Positions 49,396 to 56,342 of a stretch of DNA of 56,342 bases are shown here, one piece after another. The position numbers and the translations under genes are program-made. Below the pieces are notes generated by a model, which did no database searches, was not told the origin of the DNA, and saw nothing but the letters and a program-made list of their open reading frames with translations. This stretch comes from Luteimonas sp. (lineage in GTDB: Bacteria > Pseudomonadota > Gammaproteobacteria > Xanthomonadales > Xanthomonadaceae): NCBI GenBank assembly GCA_035543275.1, contig DASZZT010000020.1, positions 1-56,342 on the forward strand. The letters run 5' to 3'. Position 1 is the stretch's first letter, and every line of letters begins with the position of its first letter.

Positions 49396-50997
49396 TCAAT
49401 CGCCGGCCGACGCGGTCTGCAACCGCTGCGCGAATGCCGCAAGGCCAGGTGTTGCAGGATCGAGCGCGCGTGCCGATTCCAGCGCCGCGGATGCGGCCTG
49501 CACTTCGCCCGCACCGAGACGCTCGTCGCCGACCGCCAGCCAGCGTTGCGCGAGCCGTCGCCGCGCGTGCGATACCGTAGCGCTGCTGCCTTCCAGCGCT
49601 ATCCGCGCGTCGAGACAGGCGCGCGCGCGGCCGAGATTATTGCCGCGCAGTTCGCGCTCGAAGCAGGCTTGCGCGGTCGGCAGCAGGCGGGCGCTGGCGC
49701 GCTGCACGGCGGCATCGGTCGGCGCGATCGCGCGCGCGGCGCGCAGCTTGTCGAAGGCGCTGTCGCCCGGCGGCGTCAGCAGATCGCCGCGCGCTTCGGC
49801 CGCCGCAGCTTCGGCCAGCAATTGGCGCACACGGCGTTGCCGTTCGCGCACCGACAGTGGCGAGGCCAGCCCGGCCTGCGCCTGCCGCGCCCGGGCGACG
49901 TGCTGGGCGGCGTCGCGCACCGCGGCTGCATGCGGCGTCAGCGCGCGCGCTTGGCCAAGGGCGGCATCGGCATCGGCGAAACGGAAATCGGACCCCAGTC
50001 GTTCGGCGCGATGTGCATACGCCGCGGCGACCTGCTCCAAACCACGTTGAGCCAGACCACGTTGCGCAGCCGCATCACCGGCATCGATCCGCAGCAATGT
50101 CTGGTAAGCCTGCGCGGCGTGTTCGAGCCGGTCACGGCGCAGGTCGCGGTCTGCCTGCTGGCGTGCCTGTTCGATCGCACGTGCGAGTTGCGCCTGCGCA
50201 GCGGGCAGGTCGCCATGACCGGCGTCGTAGCCACGCGCCGCGGCGATGACTGCGGCGGCCTCCGGCAATTGTCCACGTTGCAGGTCCTGCAACGCCTGCT
50301 GCAGCAACTCGGCGAGCGCATCCTCGCGGCCTTCCAGCGCTTCCAGCCGATCCGGCTGCAGCGTCAGCACGCGCCGGTACAGTGGCAATGCCGCATCCGG
50401 CGTGCCATCGAGCCGATGCGCCTTGCGCGCCGTCGCCGCCTGCGCGAGCAGGCGTTCGATCCCGGCGTGGCTTGCTTCACGCTGGCGCAGCTGCATCGCC
50501 ACCGCATCGGCCTGCGCGCGCGGTACCGACAACGCGCGCGCCAATTGCAGTGCACGATGGGCATCGCCATAACGATCGGCCGCGCTCGCGCTGCGCGCCT
50601 GCGCCAGCGCCGCCTGCGCGACCCGCATCAGGCCTTCGCGAGCGTCGTTGCGATCCGGATCGATCGCCAGCGCGGCTGCGTACAGTTCGCGCGCGCCAGT
50701 GCCGTCGGCGGCAGTGAGGTGGCCGTGTGCCAGCGCCACCGCGGCCTGGTCGCGCAGCGCTTGCGCGTGCGTTTCCGGCCACAGCCAGTCGGCAAGCGGG
50801 CGACGCGACAGCAGCAATGCCAGCAGCAGCACTGTGGCGGTGACCAGGGTCGGCCACAGCCAGCGCGATGACGGCCGCGGCGATCCGGCGCGAGCGCGAT
50901 CCGTTGCGAAACGCAGCCCGTCGATCCAGCCCATGCTCGGCTCGCGCCGGCCATCAGGCCGTACACGCTCGTCTGCAGGGTCACGTTCGTCACTCAC
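49396..50997 (-). CDS. Membrane-anchored TPR-like hypothetical protein
   Basis: N-terminal TM followed by helical repeats (AALAIDPD, VLTLQPD, ARALDP); GC-typical coding. Confidence 0.72.
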   Translation of the reverse strand: MSDERDPADERVRPDGRREPSMGWIDGLRFATDRARAGSPRPSSRWLWPTLVTATVLLLALLLSRRPLADWLWPETHAQALRDQAAVALAHGHLTAADGTGARELYAAALAIDPDRNDAREGLMRVAQAALAQARSASAADRYGDAHRALQLARALSVPRAQADAVAMQLRQREASHAGIERLLAQAATARKAHRLDGTPDAALPLYRRVLTLQPDRLEALEGREDALAELLQQALQDLQRGQLPEAAAVIAAARGYDAGHGDLPAAQAQLARAIEQARQQADRDLRRDRLEHAAQAYQTLLRIDAGDAAAQRGLAQRGLEQVAAAYAHRAERLGSDFRFADADAALGQARALTPHAAAVRDAAQHVARARQAQAGLASPLSVRERQRRVRQLLAEAAAAEARGDLLTPPGDSAFDKLRAARAIAPTDAAVQRASARLLPTAQACFERELRGNNLGRARACLDARIALEGSSATVSHARRRLAQRWLAVGDERLGAGEVQAASAALESARALDPATPGLAAFAQRLQTASAGD

Positions 50998-51043
50998 CGG
51001 AGCAGCATAAAAGAACCCTGCGTGCCGACGCCGTCACGCCGTG

Positions 51044-53266
51044 TCAGGCGCGGCGCGTCCGCTCCACCCCGGGCAGGCCGTCGATCTTGCCCAGCAGTCG
51101 CGACAGCTGGCCGAAATCCCCGACTCGCAAGCGCAATCGCAGGCGCACGCGATCGCCGCCGCGCAAGGCCTCACTGTGGATGTCGAGCACGTGCGCGTCT
51201 TCCTGCGCGATCAGGTTGGTCAAGTCCTTCAGCAACCATTTGCGATCGACCGCATCGACCAGCACGTCGGAATCGAAGCCGCCACCGACACGCCCCCATT
51301 CCACCGGCAACACCCGCTGCGGCTGCGCCGCGGACAGACGCAGGAACGTCGCGCAATCGCAGCGATGCGCGCTGACGCCGCGGCCGCGGGTGAGGTAGCC
51401 GGCGATCGCTTCGCCCGGCAGCGGCTGGCAGCAGCGCGAGATCTGCACCAGCAGGTTGCCGAGCCCGAGCACGGTGAACGAAGCGGCTGCGGCCGCCTTC
51501 GGCTTGCGTGGCTGCGGCAGCGTGGGTTCGGCGGCAGCGACGCCGGCACGTTCGTGTTCGAGCAGCGCGCGCGTGACCTGGTGCGGTCCGATATCTCCGA
51601 GCGCCACCGACACATGCAGATCGTCGATGGTTGCGACGTTGAATTTCTGCAACGCCGGCGCCGGATCGGCATGCTGCAGGCCGAACCGCTTCAGCTCCTT
51701 GTCGAGCAGTTCGCGTCCAGCCTGCAGGTTGCGCGCGCGGTCGAGCTTGTGGAACCAGTTGCGCACCTTTTCGCGCGAGCGCGGGCTGGCGAGGAAGCCA
51801 TTGGCGGCCACCAGCCAGTCACGACGTGGTTCGCCGGTTTTCGCGGTCATGATCTCGACGCGGTCGCCGCTGTGCAGCTTGTGGTCGAGCGGCACGATCC
51901 GACCGTCGACCTTGGCGCCGCGACAACGATGGCCGATGTCGGTATGCACGCGATAGGCGAAGTCGAGCGGGGTGGCGCCGAGCGGCAGGTCGACGACTTC
52001 GCCGCGCGGCGTCAGCACGTAGATGCGCTCCTCGGCCAGTTCGGTATCCAGTTCGCCGAGCAGGCCGGCATCGTCGCGGCCGCTGTCGTGGTGGCCGCTG
52101 TCATGGTGGGTGTCGAGCAGCCGCCGCATCCATTCGATCTTGCGGTCGAGCGCGGCATCGCCTGCCGCGGACCGTCCCTCCCCGCCTTTCCCCTCTTTGT
52201 AACGCCAGTGCGCGGCGACGCCGAGCTCGGCCTGCGCGTGCATGTCGAAGGTGCGGATCTGCACCTCCAGGGTCTTGCCTTCCGGCCCGACCACCGCGGT
52301 GTGCAGCGAGCGATAGTCGTTGCGCTTGGGGCGGGCGATGTAGTCGTCGAACTCGCTCGGCACCGGCAGCCACAGCGCATGCACCACGCCGAGCGCGGCG
52401 TAGCAGGCCGGCACGTCGTCGACCAGCACGCGCAGCGCGCGCAGGTCATAGAGTTCGCCGATCGGCACGTCCTTCTTCTGCATCTTCTTCCAGATGCTGT
52501 AGATGTGCTTGGGACGGCCGACGACTTCGGCGCGCACGCCCTGCGCGGCCAGCGCTGCGACCAGCGCGGCGCGGACTTGCTCGATGTAGCGCTCGCGGCC
52601 GCTGCGCTTGTCGTCGAGCAGACGCGCGATGCGCTGGTAGGTCTCCGGCTGCAGATAGCGGAAGGCGAGATCCTCCAGCTCCCACTTCAGTTGCCAGATG
52701 CCGAGCCGGTTGGCGAGCGGCGCATGGATGTCGCGGGTCAGCTGCGCCAAGGCGCAGCGTTCGGGTTCCGCCAGGCGCGCGGCGAAACGCAGCCGCGCCA
52801 GTTGCCGCGCCAGCAGGATCGGCACCACGCGCAGGTCGCGCACGATCGCCAGCAGCAGGCGGCGCAGTCCTTCATGGTTGCGATCATCGCGATGCGAGGC
52901 ATGCAGCGCCCAGACCTGCGCCGCAGCGGCCTGACCGTCGAGCAGCGCGGCCACGACCGGGTGCGCCTGCTCGAGCTTGCCGGCGGCGTTCGCGCGCCAT
53001 GCCGGGCAGGCATGCAGGATCGCCGCCGCGATGATGTCGCCGTCGGCGACTAGCAAGGCCAGCGAGTCCAGCGTCGCCACCAGCACGTCGAGCGGATCGC
53101 GCGCCGACGCGTCCACGGCGGGCGCGGTGTCCGCCAACAACGCACGCAGGCTTGGCGCGATCGCGGCGCAGGCCGGCAACGCGAGCACCGCGGCGACGTT
53201 CAGCGGATTCGCACGCAATTGAGCGAGGTTCAAAGGAGCGGGATTGGCGCGTTCGGAGACAGGCAC
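51044..53266 (-). CDS. relA: (p)ppGpp synthetase RelA
   Basis: APLANRLGIWQLKWELED, GRPKHIYSI, YRSLHT, EVQIRT, TGS and ACT domains; degenerate HD; start approximate (GTG 53266). Confidence 0.92.
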   Translation of the reverse strand: MPVSERANPAPLNLAQLRANPLNVAAVLALPACAAIAPSLRALLADTAPAVDASARDPLDVLVATLDSLALLVADGDIIAAAILHACPAWRANAAGKLEQAHPVVAALLDGQAAAAQVWALHASHRDDRNHEGLRRLLLAIVRDLRVVPILLARQLARLRFAARLAEPERCALAQLTRDIHAPLANRLGIWQLKWELEDLAFRYLQPETYQRIARLLDDKRSGRERYIEQVRAALVAALAAQGVRAEVVGRPKHIYSIWKKMQKKDVPIGELYDLRALRVLVDDVPACYAALGVVHALWLPVPSEFDDYIARPKRNDYRSLHTAVVGPEGKTLEVQIRTFDMHAQAELGVAAHWRYKEGKGGEGRSAAGDAALDRKIEWMRRLLDTHHDSGHHDSGRDDAGLLGELDTELAEERIYVLTPRGEVVDLPLGATPLDFAYRVHTDIGHRCRGAKVDGRIVPLDHKLHSGDRVEIMTAKTGEPRRDWLVAANGFLASPRSREKVRNWFHKLDRARNLQAGRELLDKELKRFGLQHADPAPALQKFNVATIDDLHVSVALGDIGPHQVTRALLEHERAGVAAAEPTLPQPRKPKAAAAASFTVLGLGNLLVQISRCCQPLPGEAIAGYLTRGRGVSAHRCDCATFLRLSAAQPQRVLPVEWGRVGGGFDSDVLVDAVDRKWLLKDLTNLIAQEDAHVLDIHSEALRGGDRVRLRLRLRVGDFGQLSRLLGKIDGLPGVERTRRA

Positions 53267-53357
53267 GCGGGCGTCACGACAATGGGGAACGTCTACACTA
53301 GCCGCGCCCAGCCCGGAGGAACAGGGCACTACAACACCCGGGCCCAGGTCGAGCGCA

Positions 53358-56342
53358 TCAAATAACCCGCGAAGGCGGGGATCCAGTGACTTCCCGCAGC
53401 TGTGCCAGACGCATGGCGAGTTTCTTCGGCGACACCCCGCCGCGGGCACCGAGTTCCTGCGCGAACAACTGCACGCGCAGTTCTTCCAGTTCCCAGCGCA
53501 ACGCCTGCCATTCGCTTGCGTTGGCGATGCCGCTCGCGCTAGCCGCGACCAGCGCATCGGCGAACGGCTTGAGCTCCAGCATTCGCGCCTGGTCGCGCAC
53601 CGGGTCGCGCAATGCGCGCTCGCCACGCAGCGCCAGAGCCTTCAGGTAGCGCGGGTATTCGCGCAGCGCGTCGGCCGGCACCTGGCGCAGGAAGCCCGGC
53701 GGCGTCAGCGCGGCGAGTTGCGCGCGCATGTCGTCGAGGTTGCCGCTGGCCCAGCCGATCAGCGGCGAATCCAGCTTCGCGCGCGCCTCGGCGATGGCGG
53801 CAAGGATCGTCTCGGCCTGACGCAGACGTTCCATGGCTGCGGGAAACAGCTGCCTGGCCACGGCATCGCGGCGCGCTTCGAACGCACCGGCGTCGCGGAT
53901 CGATTCCAGCCCGTCGGCCAGCAGCGCATCGAACGCGCCATCGACGAGATCGGCGCGCAGGCGGTCGCCCTCGCGTAGGCCGTCCTCGCGTCGCGCCTGC
54001 GATTCGATCGCGGCATACAGCAGCCCGGTCTTCGGCGACACCGGCAGCTGCTTGCGCGCCTGCTTGCGCTTGTCGACCAGCGCCAGCGCGAGCAGCCGGT
54101 GCACGCCGCGCGGATGCTCTCGCTGCGCGACGCTGCGCTCGGCGTGCACGCGCAGCGACACGCTTTCTCCGTCATCGTGCAGCGCCGGCCAGGCGGGTAC
54201 GCCGCCGGCGCCCGCCACCGACAGCGGGATTGGCGCTTCCGGGAACGTGGTGAGTCCGCGTTGCGCGAGACCATCCGCCGCCTTTGCCGCGAACTCGGCT
54301 GCCGCGCGCTCGCCGAAGCGCTTGCGCAGTTCGCCAAGATCGCGCGACTCGGCCAGCACGCTGCGACCGTCGCCGCCTTTACCCGGAATGTCGAGCAAGC
54401 GCAGGTTGGCGCGCAAATGCGGCTCCAGTGACACCTCGTCGAAGTCGGTCGCCGATACCACGGTGCCGGTGAGTTTGTGCAGGAAGCGCGCGAGCTCGCC
54501 GCTCAAGGTGTCCGCACCGGGTTGCGGGTGCGCCTCCAGAAAAGCGCGCGCAAAATCCGGCGCCGGCACGAAATTGCGCCGCAATGTCTTCGGCAGCGAC
54601 TTGATCAACGCCGCCGCCTTGTCCGCCACGAAGCCCGGCGCCAGCCACGACAGCCGCGGTGCATCGAGCGCATTGAGCAGATGCAGCGGCACCGTGATCG
54701 TCATGCCGTCATCGGGCGCGCCGGGTTCGAAACGGTAGCTCACCGCAAGCCGCGCATCGCCGAGCGCAATGAACGGCGGGAAGCGCGATGTCTCGCTTTC
54801 GTCGCCGATCAGCAACTCATCGAGCGACCACTCCAGCGTGGCCTTCTCGGCGGCCGGCAGCTTGCCGTACCACGCGTCCAGCGCCTGCGCGTTATGCGCG
54901 TGTGGCGGTAGACGGTCGAGGTACCACTGCGCCAGCCATTCCTCGTCGACGACCAGGCCGGCGCGACGTTGCTTGGCTTCCTCTTCCGTGGCCTTCGCCA
55001 GCGTGGCGAGGTTGCGCGCGAGAAACGTGCTGCGCGTGTTGATCTCGCCAGTGACCAGCGCGTCGCGGGCGAAGATCGCGCGGCTCTCCTCGGGATACAG
55101 CGCGCCGTAATGCACCGGCCGCTTCGGTGCGAGCACCAGGCCGAACAGGCTGATCTGCTCGCTGCCGACCACCCGCCCTTGCGAACGTGCCCAGTGCGGA
55201 TCGTGGTGTCTGCGCGCCAGCAGGTGCGGCAGCTCCTGGATCGCCCACTCGGGTTCGATCCCGGCATTGGTCAGCGACCACACCCGCTCGGTGTCGAGCA
55301 GGGTCGCGGCCAATAGCCATGGTGGCGGTTTTTTCGCCAGAGACGAGCCCGGGAACAGCTGGAACTTGCGTCCGCGCGGGCCGTCGTAGATCGCTTTGTC
55401 GCCGCGCTGGCCGATCTGGGTCGGCAAGCCGGCGATCAGCGCGCGGTGCAGCGTGGCGTAGGAAAGGGGGTCAGAGTCACTTTCCTCCGAACATGCTGCG
55501 CGATCTCGACACTCTCGCGGGGAAAGTGACTCTGACCCCCTTTCCTGCTGCCAGCCGAGGTCGTCGGCCATCAATTTCAGTTGCCGATGCAGCTCGCGCC
55601 ATTCGCGCATGCGCAGGAAGCCGAGGAAATGCTTCTCGCACCACGCACGCAGCTTCGATTGGGTGAGATCCTCGTGCGCGGCCTGGTAGGCGTCCCACAG
55701 CTTGAGGATGCCGACGAATTCCGACTTCTGGTCGGCGAACCCGGCGTGCGCATTGTCGGCTGCAGTGCGCTGGTCGGCCGGGCGTTCGCGCGGATCCTGG
55801 ATGCCGAGGAACGATGCGATCGCGAGCATCTCGCGCAGGCAGCCGTGCTGGTTGGCCGCGACCAGCATGCGCGCGAGCTTGACGTCGACCGGCAGCCGCG
55901 CCATCAGCTTGCCGGTCGCTGATAGTTTGTGCGCCTCGTCGACCGCGCCGAGTTCGCCGAGTTGCTGCCAGCCATCGGCAATCGCGCGCGGGTCGGGTGG
56001 CTCCAGGAACGGGAAGTCCTCGATCCGCCCCAGGCCGAGCGACAGCATGCGCAGGATCACGCCGGCCAGCGCGGCGCGGCGGATTTCCGGATCGGTGTAG
56101 AACGGCCGCGACTGGAAATCGGCTTCTGAATACAGCCGGTAACAGGTGCCTTCGGAAGTGCGTCCGCAGCGACCCTTGCGCTGGTCGGCGCTGGCCTGCG
56201 AGATCGGTTCGATGTGCAGCCGGTCGAGCTTGCCGCGCGGGCTGTAGCGCTTGACCCGCGCCAGGCCGGGATCGACAACGTAGCGGATGCGCGGCACCGT
56301 CAGCGAGGTCTCGGCGACGTTGGTCGCCAGTACGATGCGGCG
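53358..56342 (-). CDS. hrpA: ATP-dependent RNA helicase HrpA, 5'-truncated by the window edge
   Basis: LATNVAETSLT, QRKGRCGR, HA2 and OB regions, C-terminal EELRVQLFAQELG. Confidence 0.94.
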   Translation of the reverse strand, partial: RRIVLATNVAETSLTVPRIRYVVDPGLARVKRYSPRGKLDRLHIEPISQASADQRKGRCGRTSEGTCYRLYSEADFQSRPFYTDPEIRRAALAGVILRMLSLGLGRIEDFPFLEPPDPRAIADGWQQLGELGAVDEAHKLSATGKLMARLPVDVKLARMLVAANQHGCLREMLAIASFLGIQDPRERPADQRTAADNAHAGFADQKSEFVGILKLWDAYQAAHEDLTQSKLRAWCEKHFLGFLRMREWRELHRQLKLMADDLGWQQERGSESLSPRECRDRAACSEESDSDPLSYATLHRALIAGLPTQIGQRGDKAIYDGPRGRKFQLFPGSSLAKKPPPWLLAATLLDTERVWSLTNAGIEPEWAIQELPHLLARRHHDPHWARSQGRVVGSEQISLFGLVLAPKRPVHYGALYPEESRAIFARDALVTGEINTRSTFLARNLATLAKATEEEAKQRRAGLVVDEEWLAQWYLDRLPPHAHNAQALDAWYGKLPAAEKATLEWSLDELLIGDESETSRFPPFIALGDARLAVSYRFEPGAPDDGMTITVPLHLLNALDAPRLSWLAPGFVADKAAALIKSLPKTLRRNFVPAPDFARAFLEAHPQPGADTLSGELARFLHKLTGTVVSATDFDEVSLEPHLRANLRLLDIPGKGGDGRSVLAESRDLGELRKRFGERAAAEFAAKAADGLAQRGLTTFPEAPIPLSVAGAGGVPAWPALHDDGESVSLRVHAERSVAQREHPRGVHRLLALALVDKRKQARKQLPVSPKTGLLYAAIESQARREDGLREGDRLRADLVDGAFDALLADGLESIRDAGAFEARRDAVARQLFPAAMERLRQAETILAAIAEARAKLDSPLIGWASGNLDDMRAQLAALTPPGFLRQVPADALREYPRYLKALALRGERALRDPVRDQARMLELKPFADALVAASASGIANASEWQALRWELEELRVQLFAQELGARGGVSPKKLAMRLAQLREVTGSPPSRVI
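53366..53390. repeat. CGTC-family REP remnant overlapping the hrpA 3' end
   Basis: CCCGCGAAGGCGGGGATCCAGTGAC, same family as 12556-12586. Confidence 0.7.
55460..55546. repeat. 87-bp palindromic element in frame within hrpA
   Basis: Perfect 26-bp inverted repeat AGGAAAGGGGGTCAGAGTCACTTTCC / GGAAAGTGACTCTGACCCCCTTTCCT with a 35-bp spacer. Confidence 0.9.

Overview
GC-rich chromosomal window from a Xanthomonadales/Lysobacteraceae-like gammaproteobacterium (inferred from gene order and protein sequences). Bases 1-8550 are an accessory hotspot. It holds the start of one higB, a complete higBA, a truncated REP-associated (RAYT-type) transposase, an IS3-like end, and an atypical type IV minor-pilin cluster (fimT, pilW, a 595-aa pilX, an ~800-aa pilV-like gene, divergent pilE, no pilY1). 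It ends with an mqsRA module sandwiched between two copies of the ppnN 3' end. The remainder is core genome: ppnN, marC, SDR, grxD, sodB, purK/purE, trm112-like, nadC, FHA, DUF3301, sspAB, petABC, lytic transglycosylase, miaB, mazG, cysQ, nudE, bioA, rsmE, the pil-chp chemosensory cluster, gshB, tonB, tsaB, yoaA-like helicase, TPR lipoprotein, mrcB, GT2-GT4 glycosyltransferase, relA and partial hrpA. Non-obvious signals: three TA promoters that look leaderless and share a TAAC(G/C)-N5-(C/G)GTTA operator, an 87-bp palindromic element sitting in frame inside hrpA, recurrent exactly-15-bp tandem duplications in many core genes, and several REP families, some supplying stop codons. No rRNA, tRNA or CRISPR array was seen. 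Product calls come from recognised motifs and synteny, not database searches.
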